Shown here piece after piece: positions 40,484 to 53,154 of a stretch of 64,000 nt of DNA. Made by a program: the position numbers and the translations under genes. The number at the start of each line of letters is the position of its first letter. Positions within the stretch are counted from its first letter, which is position 1. This DNA comes from Lophium mytilinum (lineage: Eukaryota), in contig MU004194.1 in NCBI GenBank assembly GCA_010093605.1, forward strand, positions 596,323 through 660,322, given 5' to 3'. The notes under the pieces are model-generated. The model had not been told where the DNA came from, did no database searches, and worked only from the letters and a program-made list of their open reading frames with translations.

Positions 40484-41518
40484 ATGGCCGACAAAGGCGA
40501 ACTCGTCCTGGTCACAGGTGGCACCGGTTTCATCGGCCTCTACTGCATCCTGCAGTGTCTCGCCGCCGGCTACCATGTCCGAACTACAATCCGGTCGCTC
40601 AAGCGAAGAAAAGACGTTAAGGAGATGCTCAAGGAAGGAGAGGTGACCAACATCGACAGGCTAACCTTCGTCGAGGCCGACCTATCTAAAGACGACGGCT
40701 GGAAAGAAGCGGTCGAGGGCTGCACATACGTCCTCCATGTTGCCTCTCCCTTTCCACCCGCGCCCCCGAAGCACGAGGACGACCTCATCATCCCTGCGCG
40801 CGAAGGCACCTTGAGGGTCTTAAGCCTAGCGCGTGACGCTGGCGTGAAGCGTGTGGTTATCACCTCATCTTTTGGTGCCATCGGCTATGGACATACGAAG
40901 AAGATTGACGTATTCAACGAACAGATTTGGTCGGATCCGAATGGACCTAATCTGAGCGCCTACCTAAAAAGCAAGACAATAGCCGAGCGAGCCGCTTGGG
41001 ACTTCATGGAGAAAGAAGGCGGAGCCATGGAACTATCGACGGTGTTGCCCGTTGGCGTTTTCGGCCCAGTCCTGGGACCAGACTTCTCGATATCGATCCA
41101 GATCGTGCAACGCTTGTTGAATGGGAGCTTTCCGGGAGCCCCGGACCTTAACTTTGGCGTCGTGGATGTAAGAGATGTCGCCGATCTGCATCTCCGCGCA
41201 ATGACGGACCCTAAAGCGAAGGGGGAAAGGTTTTTGGCGGTTTCGCCTCCCACAATGACTATCCTGGAAATGGCACAAGTGCTGAGAGAGAGAATGGGCA
41301 AGGCTGCGAGAAAGACGCCGACGCGGACTCTGCCCACTTTTGTGCTTAGGCTGATGGCAATATTCGATAAAACCGTGGCCCTCATCCTGCCAGAGCTTGG
41401 CGACCGTAAGGTCATGTCAAACGAGAAGGCCACGGGGGTATTGGGCTGGCAGCCACGGTCGAAAGTTGACTCGCTTATAGCTACCGCAGAAAGTTTGATC
41501 AAATATGATCTGGTGTAG
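40484..41518 (+). CDS. NAD(P)-dependent epimerase/dehydratase (dihydroflavonol/aldehyde-reductase-like extended SDR), intronless
   Basis: VLVTGGTGFIG, VLHVASP, TSS, catalytic YLKSK and VDVRDVADLH. Confidence 0.93.
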   Translation: MADKGELVLVTGGTGFIGLYCILQCLAAGYHVRTTIRSLKRRKDVKEMLKEGEVTNIDRLTFVEADLSKDDGWKEAVEGCTYVLHVASPFPPAPPKHEDDLIIPAREGTLRVLSLARDAGVKRVVITSSFGAIGYGHTKKIDVFNEQIWSDPNGPNLSAYLKSKTIAERAAWDFMEKEGGAMELSTVLPVGVFGPVLGPDFSISIQIVQRLLNGSFPGAPDLNFGVVDVRDVADLHLRAMTDPKAKGERFLAVSPPTMTILEMAQVLRERMGKAARKTPTRTLPTFVLRLMAIFDKTVALILPELGDRKVMSNEKATGVLGWQPRSKVDSLIATAESLIKYDLV

Positions 41519-43527
41519 GAGAGATTCCATTGTGCAGTACTGTGACTCTAGGGTATATTCGAAGCCGGAGTATTGGGATCGTGGATTCCATTAGACCTGT
41601 ATCCAAGGTTAGCGAAATTGACCACTTAAAGGGAGCGGTGCCATCTATACCATAAAGTGGAAGAGTTTTTCATGCTTGCACATTCTGTTATGGCACTAAT
41701 TGTACCCGTCGCGGCCGTCGTTCGACATTGGAAGTGATGCACAAAGCTGATGACAATATCTTGTGAAGTGTGATTGGATCCGTCTTCGGTAGTAATCGGT
41801 GGTGATCTTAAAGAGCCTGCGGCGGAAGATGACGGTGAAGACCTCATATGAACTGAACTACGAATATAATAAAACAAAATGATGAAGTAGAGAAAGACAT
41901 GCTGGGGTGAAACATCTGCTTATAAGCTGTACACGCCCTCAGAAAGAACAGCATATACAGCATGATAAACGACGACTGCGCAGTATCTCTCCTGGCGTCG
42001 ACATGCATAGCTGATGATTCAACAGGCGGTGATGGATACCCGCTCCTTCACCTCGAGTCCGCTTCCCAACTCGAAGCTCGGTCAAGCCACGGCCCAGGCA
42101 TACGCAGGGCGCACATCGATAGCATTGTGTCAGCGCGGATGCAAGGCAGCGGACAAGCGGTGGTAGGGCTGGTAAGGCTGGCTAGGGTGGTATTCGAGAA
42201 GGTGGCTAGAACGAATCGACTGCCAACTCAGCATGTCCTGCTAATAATAACTCGCAGAAGGTCGGTCAGTGAGTGCTGCAACATCCCACGCCGAGACGCT
42301 GAGCTGAATGCGCAGGTTAAGCCAAGCCCACTTACCGCTCTTCACCGGATGCGCCTGTTAGAATCCGTCAGGGTGGATTCTCCGGGAAGAAATGGCCTGT
42401 TTGGTGGTATTGCTTCACTTTTCTTCTGAAAAGAGTCAATTCGAAGTCGGTGAGAGTCCGCGTTAGCATGTCTGGGCAACTAGCACCACTTCGGTGTTTC
42501 ATCTCATTGGCTATTTGGTGCGTAACGTCTGTAGAGCGACGTGGCCTTCATCCCGTTGGTGAGCTTGTAGAAGTGCTGATTATACTCAAAGCCATGGATG
42601 GCAAGGCTATCAAGTCATTAAATGCAGCAAAATCGTTCATCCGTGTAGTATGTCAATTTAGTCCCAAACAAGTCAAATACGGTCATCACGTGATTTCACT
42701 AATATCAAATTGAAATACGCTGAGACCATCTGTGTAGCTTCGTATGGCATTTGGCAAAAAGATGATAGCGGAATGATCAATCCCTCGCCTCCACAGTCCA
42801 GTGTTAGATTGTAGCAAGGAACGAGGTCATAGGAAAGCAATAGATTCAAGCAAAACATGCACTACTTCCTAAATGATAGTCCTAGAGCTTTCTTGCAGTG
42901 CAAGCGAGCAGTATGATATGCCATGCACAAAACAGGAAGTTATGCAGATGTATGCATCGCAAGCAGCAAAACAATGAAACAAGCCTTCCAACATTCCTCC
43001 ACTGTTGCGTGGACGGATGCTTTCCGGCAAAAGGAAAAGTCTGACTTGGAACCAGCAGTAGAAACGACAGCTCCTCTACAGCCGCAGGCCCATTACCGCC
43101 TCTCAACTCTCCATGTCCTGTGTCGCACGTGAAGAAAGCAAATGATAAGATGAGAACACATGAAATGCACAGCCGTTACACCTACTCTCCGACACCATGG
43201 CTCTGGTATACAGGCCATGTGTCCATCCTCCCTCGCATCGCCCGTCCCGATTCTTGGATAGAAAGTCAGCAACATGTCTGCCGAAGACTCTCGCGAAAGG
43301 TCCGGTTGATGGCAGAAACGGTCGGTACAGTTTTCCGACGTCCAGAAAATTCGAATAGTCCGAGCCGCAGTGCCGGAGACGCCGCTGAATGAAGAGCATG
43401 GCGTTGCAGCAACAGTATGCGCTCTTTGAATAAGAAGCGTTTGTATTGTGCCACGACGATTCAGTGATTGATTGCAGATTTGTAGCCCGTAACCAGCCTA
43501 TTGGGAAGGCAGGTTGGACAGCTACAT

Positions 43528-46350
43528 TCAGCCACCCTGACCGTTTGGAGGTGTGCGACCATACGAGCTAGTTCCCCTCTCGAGATCTGAGCTCCAGGTG
43601 CTCCTGGTTCCGGAGAATAACGAGCTCATCAAGTTGGCGTTGGCCACGTTCTGATGGACGGCATGGCCGTTTCCATAGATTGCTTGATTGGTATTACCCC
43701 AAATAGCACCGTTCCCCAAGGTATTGCCTAGACCGTTGGAATGCACGGTGGGGTGGGGCTGAAGATTTGGAGTGATAGTAGGCCCACTCCATTCTTGGAA
43801 TGCATTGGAGCTCCTGATGGAGTTCGCAGAGTTGCCACGTGAGTGTCCAAAATGATCAGCACTGGTGAAGGGTGAGTTTCGAGGGGGAAGTCCGCTCGTC
43901 ATAGGTGACGCAGGCCCCGGAGAGCCGTACTTAGGATTCCAGATGCCACCGTCATTGTACTTTTGCGAAGGTAGCGAAGGTAAATTTGCGGGAGGCTGTA
44001 TGACGGAAGAGCTGGACGACATCCGGTTCATTGCTGTGCCAAACATCGGAGTGTGGGGAGAGCACAGAGGCTTGCCATAATTTTGGACAGCGTTGACGAA
44101 GTCGCTTACAGTGAGCGGGCCGATACCGTAGGAGGTATCATCCACAAGGGCTGTATCTTCAAACGTCTGTTCTGGAGGGGTCGGAGGGATGTTTTCGTCT
44201 TCCTCCTGTAGAGGATCTAGAACATCGTCTTGACCGACTAGATCATCGACCATGCGATTCATAGCAACGTCTTTGGTGATGGTCGTAGAAGCTGATTCCG
44301 AGGGAGCAATACTATGTGCGACTTGGTCCTCCTGTAATGGAATTTCCGGAGTAAACAACGGCATGTCCATGCTCTCCGCAGGAAGGAGGGGAGAACCATC
44401 TGGCCTATTGTTGGGACTGGCGAGAAGCTCAGACGGTAGACCGGCTTCTTGGTAGATAAATCTTTGACCGTCGAGAACCAAAGGTGCGGCATTTCCATCA
44501 ATCAAGACGAGGCCAGCTAGTAGTAGATCGCGAACTCTCATCACCATTTCCTCGTTCGGGTGATGCCGCTCGATTTCTGGATCAGACCATCTAGGCTTCA
44601 AGCGGCCTTTGGTGTACCAGTTATCCTTGGTCTCGTCGCCGGCAAGAGGCTGGAAGGCAATAGTGTCGACGTCCTCTTCCAGCAAGTATACTCTATCAAG
44701 CGGTGCAATCTCTTTGATAGGGAAAACCGACATAAGAAGGGTCAGGGTCTCGGCATAAGCCTTCCACAGCTCCTGGACTTCGACTTCGGTCAATGTGTCC
44801 GCTACGTTGGCGCTGAGTATACGCCAGAATTTGGTAAACCACATGCTGTACAACCGGAGACTGGGAAGTACGCGACGCGCCACCACGGTGATCTTGTCGG
44901 AAAGCTGGGGAGTTCGGTCTCCGTTTGGTGCAGTGACGTCGTCTCGGTCCGTAAGTCGCTCAAGCTCAGGCTGAAGAATCTGGAGCAACGTGAAGAATGT
45001 CTTGACGTTTAATCGCAAGAAGTAGAAGTATGATCTGATAGTCGATTCCTCGCGATTTGGATCTGGATCGGTTAGTCATTTGCACGCATGTGTCGGCTCG
45101 ACGAGAAACTAACCTTGAACCCGTAGCGATGCAAAGTATTCTGCCGCTAGGTTGATGAGGATGATTTTCTGTAAGATTCCATCCAAGGACCGCTCCTTCA
45201 GCTCAATGGTCAGTTGGCTGAGCACTTCGTTCTCAAGCTCGTCGTGCTCAGGGAAGTCTTCTCCCTTGTAGCATTTGCTGTGCAGTCGGACGAACCAAGA
45301 AATGAGTGCTTGACCATTGCCATTGCCATTGCCATCACGTGTCGCGCGATTGCTGATGAGCTCTCCTTTCTCCCAGGCCAACCGGATCTTCTTGAACTCG
45401 AGTTCAAGATTTGCCTTTGCCAGCGGGTAACCCTGCTTGGTGGAAAGTGCACGGTAGAGGTTGTACGTGGTCCGGAAGTGGTCACCATCTTCACGTGCTA
45501 TGACGGCCTGCTGGTTGTGCGAAACGCCGGCATCCGGGTAGATCTCTGTTGCGAGCCCGTAATAGCCCTTTGCGGGGCCCCACTTGCGCTCTTTACCATC
45601 GGCGAGCGCTGCAGTTTCGCGGTATCGGGAGAGGTCTCCTAGCTGGATAAGAGTCTGGTGGCACGAAAGGAGGATCTCATGTTTGAGTTTGGGAGAGAGA
45701 GGTTGCTTCGAGCGTACGTTCGGCACTGCAGCATACGTCAGTTTCTGCCAGCAAAGCAGAGCTTGAAGGGTCCGTACCGTTGTTGCTATACATCCGTGCA
45801 ACCTTGCGAAGCTCCGGAATACCGTCAAACCGGGCATCCAGGTTCAGGATGTACTGGCGATAGAAACGCTGACTAGATTTGATAAATTCCAGGAACGCCT
45901 TGGCGACCTTTCGGTTCTCCACAACGTGGTGCTTGCCATTGTTGCGCTTTAGCTATACCGGTATTAGGATAAAATTGTATAATTAGGACGAGGTAGCGAA
46001 CCTGGCCAAGTCTCTTGCGATATCGATTGGATATCTTGGTGTGGGCAGCCCAGAGGCGGGCCTCGATGCTATGCGCTTCGGCATACTGGAAGTCGCTGAA
46101 TATAATCCTCTCACTAGCAACGCGGAAACTGCAGTGTTTGTGAGCAACCATCCAGGTGTATTGTAGTAGCGGTGCATCCTACTCTTCAATGAGAACTGCT
46201 ATCTCGGCATCGGGCGCATTGCTCTCGAGGCTCTGGGTAAGGAGCTGCTCAACCGTATTCGCAAGCCTAGCGGGCTTGTTAGTGATGGCTGGCTGGAAGA
46301 AACCAGGGGGTAATAGCTTACTGTGCAGCCTGCTCAATCTGAGTCGCCAT
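43528..46350 (-). CDS. Est1/Ebs1/SMG7-like protein (14-3-3-like TPR + Est1 helical domain, low-complexity C-terminus, no PIN domain seen), multi-exon
   Basis: IEARLWAAH, FIKSSQRFYRQYI, LIQLGDLSRYRE, YPDAGVSHNQQAV, YNLYRAL and YLLEEDVDTIAFQPL. The protein ends RTPPNGQGG*. The first exon MATQIEQAAQ starts at 46350. Confidence 0.88.
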
Positions 46351-46877
46351 GCCTGCGGGCAGAGGGAATGGCGATGTTCATAAGTGACCCCACGGTCGGC
46401 CGCCAGGTCAGACGTGCGAAGGATGGAGCGGGCGGGCGGCGTAGTTTCCGCAATCCATGGAGACAAGCTGGTCTCCCTTAAAGAGGACAAGCAGTGGAGG
46501 GCAGATAAAGAGAGCGCAGCAAACTGCGGCCAGAGACTGTCTGACCGCGAGGGAAGTGGAGAGGTGAGGTTGAAGTGGTGGACGGGCGGCGTGGGTGAAG
46601 ATCAGAGCGAGACAGCAGCACTCCGGGCCACAGCGAACGGACCCATAATTGAATTCTTGGGTGAGCACTCCCCCTCGCCCAAGTCGACACGGTCCCCCCT
46701 CCAATTCACCACCAGCAATCCTGGCTAGACCTTCCGCCCGTGCCTGATTCAGCCCTGCCAGACACACAGCACGCCCAACTTCGCTCTCGTGACGCAGCTT
46801 GACGCGAGGCGGAACTGGAACAGCTGCTCCAAGAACAGCTCCTCCAAGTAAACCTCACCACCACACTCACATTCACA

Positions 46878-48073
46878 ATGGTCAAGCGCTCACGGCCAGA
46901 CTCCCCCTCGTCCGAAGACGACGCGGAATCGCCGTTGTTAGATATCGAGCGCCTGTCCCGCACCGTGTCTCCCGCCTCGATCGACCCTACGAGCCGCGCA
47001 GCCAAGATCACCCATCTTGATGCCAGCAGCGCCTCGGACGAGCAGCACGTCGTGATGAAATGCCTCCTCCCGCCGCACCAGCCGTTGAACTTCACGTCCT
47101 TTGAAGACTACGAGGTCCATTATCAAAAGGCACATGTAAACCGCTGCTCAGAGTGCTACAAGAATTTTCCTTCCGATCACTATCTGGGCCTGCACATCGC
47201 AGAGAACCATGATCCATTGAACGAGATCAAGAGGTCTCGGGGGGAGAAGACGGTAAGAGATCGACTATTTCATGTCTCACCATATATCAAACATTATTTC
47301 TACATATCTCAAACATTATTTTTACATATAAAGATCTCGTACCAAAGGATCTCTATTTTTAGTCTCATTCAAACCATGCCACTTCTTCAGCGCCTTCTTC
47401 TTTCTTACCAATTCTACTACCCCAATTACTTTCGTCCATAACCCTACTACCTTCTTTCTCACCCGGGCTAGCTTTATCTTTTTCCGAAGTGCCTTCAAAC
47501 CTACCTTTTCAGACCTTTATTTGCCCCTAACCCCTCCCTACCCCTCTTTATCCCACAGTCCCAATTAACCACCCTATCTAACCCTCGCAGTACGCGTGCT
47601 TCGTCTCCGATTGTGACCGCCTCTGTAGCACACCCCACAAACGCCGCCTCCACCTCATCGACAAACATCAGTTTCCTAAGTACTACGACTTCTTTGTCAT
47701 TAACGACGGGCTCGACAAGCGGAACTCCCTACTGCGGACTGGCCACCACCGTCGACGGAGCTCCACAGCTACGACCACGGCGAGGGCGCGGGCGGCATCG
47801 AATGCGAATGTGAGCGCGGAAAAGAAGGAGAAGGATGTTGAGGAGCTAGAAGGGGACGAGGAGGAGCGCAGTAGCGATGAGGGTGAAGACGAGGAGGAGA
47901 AAGAGGTAGAGGAGGGTGTGCCGGAGAGGATTGCGAACGTGAAGGGCAAGGGCAAGGCCGATGCGGATGTGGACAATATCACGGCTTCCATGTCCGCCTT
48001 GAAGTTCGTGCCGAAAAGTGTCAGGTTCGGTAGAGGGCGAGGTAGAGGACGAGGCGGGTTCGCAGCTTCCTAG
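46878..48073 (+). CDS. ZNF511-like C2H2 zinc-finger protein with an acidic stretch and RGG tail, 2 exons
   Basis: CSECYKNFPSDHYLGLHIAENH. After the intron 47253-47590 the frame continues YACFVSDCDRLCSTPHKRRLHLIDKH...YDFFVINDG and ends VPKSVRFGRGRGRGRGG. Confidence 0.88.
47281..47330 (+). repeat. 22-nt imperfect tandem duplication inside a long AT/pyrimidine-rich intron
   Basis: catatatcaaacattatttcta / catatctcaaacattattttta / catata. Confidence 0.75.
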
Positions 48074-48453
48074 ATGCATCCCATCACACTCAGGGAACTC
48101 GGATAGACCTGGCTGCTACAAACTTGGATTGGCAGTTCTCGACATGCGTTTTGGCGGCGGTATTACGACATTACGAGACAAGTAGATGTCACGTGGTCAC
48201 GAATCAATCATCCTGTTCATGGCTGCGACTTATAGAGTGAGCAGATGAGAAACATACTGCTGTATAACGGTCTAGCAGCGTGAGTGCCTCTTAATATTGG
48301 TTGCTGACTAGGAAATTCTGGTGTACAGGATATCCATAATTTATCGCAGCCTCCAATCCAAACCTTCAATGCAAAGAGCAAATGACCAACCGAACGCTTA
48401 CCACCAAACCCGCCCAATGTCTCTATAGAATCTAAGCAAAAGGATACCTATAA

Positions 48454-50117
48454 CTACGGCATTCGCCAGCCCCCTCCCCACCAGCCTGATTCTGACCATA
48501 CCTTGTTTTCTGCGGTCGCTATGTCCACCGAACGCTTGAGCTTCCTGCGGTCAAGGTGCAAGTCCTGATGCGCGTTGCAGTTCGCGCGAAGTGGGCTACC
48601 AGTCTTAAGGGTTGGCGAAGTCGCTCCTACAGGCGTCGTGGTGCCGGTTTTACTCGAACAAGATGTTGGCGACGAAGCAGTGTCCATGATCTGTGAAGCC
48701 GCGTAGACGCAGCCGCCCACCGCGTGCCGGACGAGTGAATCACCAGCGAGGCTGCCGATAATGAAGATCTTTGGCGCGACTTCGAGGTCGCTTTCTGCTT
48801 TGGTTCGAAGGGTGTGCGCGGATATGAGTCCTGCCGGATCGGCTTCAGAGTTTGGAGAACTGCTTTCGAGAACTTCGTCTTGTAAGGCTTGGTCAAGGTA
48901 CTTTAAAGAGCCTCGCCGACCCACGACGTACTCGAGATGGCCGATGGGGGTTTCGAAAACCTCGCCACTTTCGAGCTTGATCTTGGCTACGTATTTCCCA
49001 TTGTCGTTGGTGACGTCCATGATCGTTGCGTTTGGGAGACCTCGGTAACATGTAGCCCAGTCTCTGCTGTTGAAGAAGGGGTTCGACTTCCGACGCACCA
49101 GCGGGGACTTCGACGGTGCTCTCTTCCCACAAGTCAAAGCAGCCAGCTTCATCTGCCTATAAATGGTGGCATACTCGGGGTAGGCGGTCGGGTGGCAGCC
49201 ACGCAAAGGCGACGGACGCTGGTCTGGCATCCATTGAAATATATGAATGATCTGGCGATGTGGATGTGTCGAAAGTATTACATCTGCTGCAGAAAACCCC
49301 GATCCTATAATCAGCAGGGGTTCGCAAGCAGACTTCAGTCCAGCTAAGGGCGCCAGGAGCTTCGGAGGAGGGATGTTGACACCGAAGATGCCCGACGCCA
49401 GAACGAGATGCTTGCAAGAAATTCCGTGAGATGCAATGTGGAACCCATTAGAGGTCCGCGAGATTCCGCTGACGGTAGTTGAGGTTTGTATCGAGTCTGA
49501 TATACCAACAGCTGCTGGATATGCCTTAAAATAGTCCGCCACCTCAGCACGCGAGGGCCGTATGAAGTCAGGCATAGCCACTTTCCGGGTCTCAGCGTAG
49601 TGGTCCGAGTACGAGTATTCGGGCAGCGACAGCATCTCTGCGTAGCTCAGCGTCCCAATATCCCAGCTCGCAGAGACTGGATTGTCTGCCCATTGTCCCC
49701 CAGCCTGCGCCGCATCGCCAATTGCGATATGTGAGGTTGTCTTTCTCGGATCGCTCCTCCACTCTATACAGGATGTTGGGTTGATCTCGGTGTCTGCATT
49801 CGGGCGAATGAGGGTATCTAGTAGGGTATTGATCGGTAACGCCTGCGTAGAGTAACGAAGAGACGACTGAAAATGGGCATAGAGATCCGGCGTCAGGTCC
49901 AGCAGGCTCGGGGACGCGGACAGCTTGGTGTCTAGGATGGCATCGTGATGGCCTCCTCTATAGTAAGGAATATGACCATGTAGAATGTAAGAAAGAATGA
50001 GCGCGGATGGTCCATTACCTGGCAAACTCTGTTAGTCTGTGTTTATTGTTGCTTCTACGGTTCTCTTTCAAGCTCACCAACAATCACGGTATCGACGTAG
50101 GGCGGCAGTGTCGCCAT
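48454..50117 (-). CDS. OSGIN1/2-like FAD-dependent oxidoreductase, 2 exons
   Basis: Spliced N-terminus MATLPPYVDTVIVGNGPSALILSYILHG, then NTLLDTLIRPNAD, GGQW, LVLASG, LIIGSGFSAAD, YPEY and IGSLAGDSLVR. Confidence 0.85.
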
Positions 50118-50919
50118 GGAAGGCTGAAGATCGCAGGAGATTCCATTGAAGATATCTCTGAAGTGAAGTAGAGGTCATTTGTCAGTCGGCCCTTGAAGCC
50201 GTCGTCCTGCTAGTGAGGGGAAATTTGCCCAGGTGGAGTGGGGTGCGGCGCCAGGAGCGGCATGTCTTTCCATTGACACGGGATTGGACTGCAGGCTGCA
50301 CTTGCGTTGCTAGAGTAATGGCATATCTCGGCTATGCAGTGTACATGCTTATATAGATAGAGCGGGTGGTTCAAAGATACAGCCTGGCAGTTGTTGTCAC
50401 AAGGCTTATTCAGAACCTTGACGTTCGCGAGGGGCTTTGAAATGCTGTTGCAAAGGCTGACCCCTCCTCCCTACGTGCCTACCTAGGTATCACGTAAATC
50501 ACCTCGTCATACAACAAAGACCCGTATCTAGCGTAATTGAAGGTCGAATTCATAGCGGTTGGTTTCGCATGGGTGGTTCTTTATTCACGAATAGATTGCT
50601 GCATATGGCGTCGCTTAGTATTGATCTATTTCGATCTAGATCCATTTCCGACCTCGCATCCGAGTCGTCACATGAGGCTCCATAAACACTGCGATAGGCC
50701 TGATAAAGCAGGCTCTCAGAACAGGTATCGAGCTGCGAACTACGCGCGTCATCATGTCAACGCGGAAGCTGGAGTCCACAGAGTCTCTTGTCTCTACGGA
50801 AATGAAGGTTTTGGTTGGAACTTTGATGTTGCAATTCCGTATGTATGTACAAGTGATGGCTCTCCTGTATTCGGCGTCCGTATCGGTGGTGATTGCCCGC
50901 CTCTCATTCCTCGACAGAA

Positions 50920-51455
50920 CTAAAACTCCTTGATCAGATCCCCTCTCCTCTTTCCGCGGAGGTCGTATTTGCCCTATGGAAACTCGTCAGATATATCCTA
51001 CAGCCTGATATACTGCATGACTGGAAGCAAGCCAAATCATGAACTCGTGCGCGTGTCTCCGGAAGCTGAGCCAGAGGCCCGCCCGCTTCCCCAAAGTGCA
51101 AAGAAATCCCGTGATAGCTATGTGCCTTCTTCATCAACAGAGCTCTTGTGACTCACATCGGTTGTGTATGCGACGTAGCCGACGATGCTCGGGACGACCG
51201 CGACGTAGGCGAAGGTCAACCAGGCGGTCCGCGGTGTCCATCGGAAGTACTTGTGTCGGTTGACATACATGTCTATACGGCGAAATGGTGAGTATGGAGT
51301 CTATGGGTCTGATCGAGGGCCGTTTTCATCTTACTGGCATATTTGACCAGCGAAGGGTCCATATGGAGGGCTGCGGAGGGGCTTGTCAGCGATCACACTC
51401 GAGCGATTGAAGGCCGCAAAGTGGATGGACACATACAATGGTTGTGGCCCGCCAT
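50920..51455 (-). CDS. NDUFB4: NADH:ubiquinone oxidoreductase accessory subunit NDUFB4/B15 (NB5M), 4 exons; absent from the ORF track
   Basis: Spliced product [74 protein letters not shown]. It has DP...R..YFRWTPRT and a single TM helix, with canonical introns. Confidence 0.88.
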
Positions 51456-52127
51456 GATGAGTGAGTTAGCGATGCGCACTCGAGGGATTTGGATGTGTTG
51501 GTGAAGCTGGCGTGTTGAGGTTCGTTGTCGTCGAGGTCGCGCGGAGCCAGAAAGATTACCGATTTACTAGGTAGCGCCCTGTATTATATTGTGTTTTGAA
51601 TGACCACCTCTGCTCGACGACATCCATGCATCGATCATCGCAAAGTCATCATGTTTAATTCGTTGAGGCAGCATGAGGCTGATCCTCGGAGCCTCGATTG
51701 CTTCAATTGCTGTAATCTATCTACATATGTATCATGTCCAACGACAAGTCACGATGTGGACCTCGGTGAAAGGCAATATGAAGCAGATGGGCTGATAGCT
51801 CCGCTTTTCAAAGTAAAGAATGTCCTGACTGGCGTGTTACTAGATCATTTTCGGTACGAACCTCCCCGGCATGACGTCCGAACTGGTTCCATGTAGCGCC
51901 CACACGCCCACTGTGCGCCTGTACTCCCAGGATGCCGACGGACGATAGACCCAACCTGGCAAAAGGCGGGGCTTCCCTTTGCCGATTAGACGTCCTAACG
52001 GGCTTAATTGACACCGCCCCCCGGCCTTTCCACGCTTTTAAGGTCCAAGAAACCTATTCCTATCATCGAGAGCGCTGTACCTTCGCTATCTTCCAGTTCA
52101 ACTTCACCATCACATCACGAGAACACA

Positions 52128-53154
52128 ATGGCGACTGAGACCAATCAAGGTGCTAAGGTTACGCTATACTGGTACGAAATGCTGCGTCATTCCCAAAAAT
52201 ATACTTTGTCATCATTGTGTGATGCAAAGCCTTGCCGCAGTGCTCCATATATCCCACTGCATAATCAACAACGCTATTGAATTCCGCTAAACCGGACCCA
52301 GGCTTGACAAGTCGCGGTCGCAGAGAATTGTATGGCTGCTGGAAGAACTCAAAGTCGACTATGAGTTGAAGGTTTTTAAGCGAGGTAAAGACATGCTCGC
52401 GCCTCAAGAGCTGAAAGATATTCACCCGTTGGGCAAATCTCCCGTGATCGGAGTCCAGGCTCCTGGTGGGGAGAAGCCTATTATTGTCGCTGAGTCGGCC
52501 GTGATTGTCGAATATTTGACTGAGTACTTCGGAAAATGGATGATCCCAAAAAGGTATCCCGAGGGGAAGGAGGGTGTAATTGGAGCCGAAACGGAAGAGT
52601 GGCAACGGTACCGATACTACATGCACTACGCGGAGGGCAGCTTCATGACCATGCTGCTCATGTCCCTATTGACTCAAAGTAAGTGGCCTCCCGATCTCAG
52701 GAATTGGTACATAGTCTCATTCGTCAGACATGCGAAATGCGCCAGTACCTTTCCTGTTGAAGCCAATCGGCATGATCAGTGGAGCTATAGCGAACAAGAT
52801 CGATAGCAGCTTTGTGATGCCCCAAATCAAAGGGCATCTAGCCTTTTTGGAAGAACAGTTGACGACGGCTCCCAATGGTGGAGGCTTCTTCTGCGGCAAC
52901 ACGCTCACGGGGGCTGACATAATGATGGTAAAAACACGATCCAATCGCACAAATCGATCACTCACTCACCTTTTCAACAGATATTTGGACTAGAAGGCGC
53001 GATGCAGCGGGTGCCTTTTACTGAACAGTCACATCCAAACCTTTACAGATGGGTCATCCGAATGCAGGAACGGGACGCCAACAAGAGAGCGGCCGAGAGA
53101 GTTTCTGCAGCGAGTGGCGAGCCATATGTTCCCATAAACAAGGCCAAATTCTGA
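52128..53154 (+). CDS. Glutathione S-transferase (Gtt1-like), 4 exons
   Basis: VTLYWLDKSRSQRIVWLLEEL, HPLGKSPVI, ESAVIVEYL, MHYAEGSFM and LTGADIMM. The protein ends ...NKAKF*. Confidence 0.93.

Noticed and set aside
47523..47585. CCCTAACCC words as interstitial telomere or telomerase template
   Set aside because: They are isolated copies inside a C-rich intron and overlap branch-point-like CTAAC.
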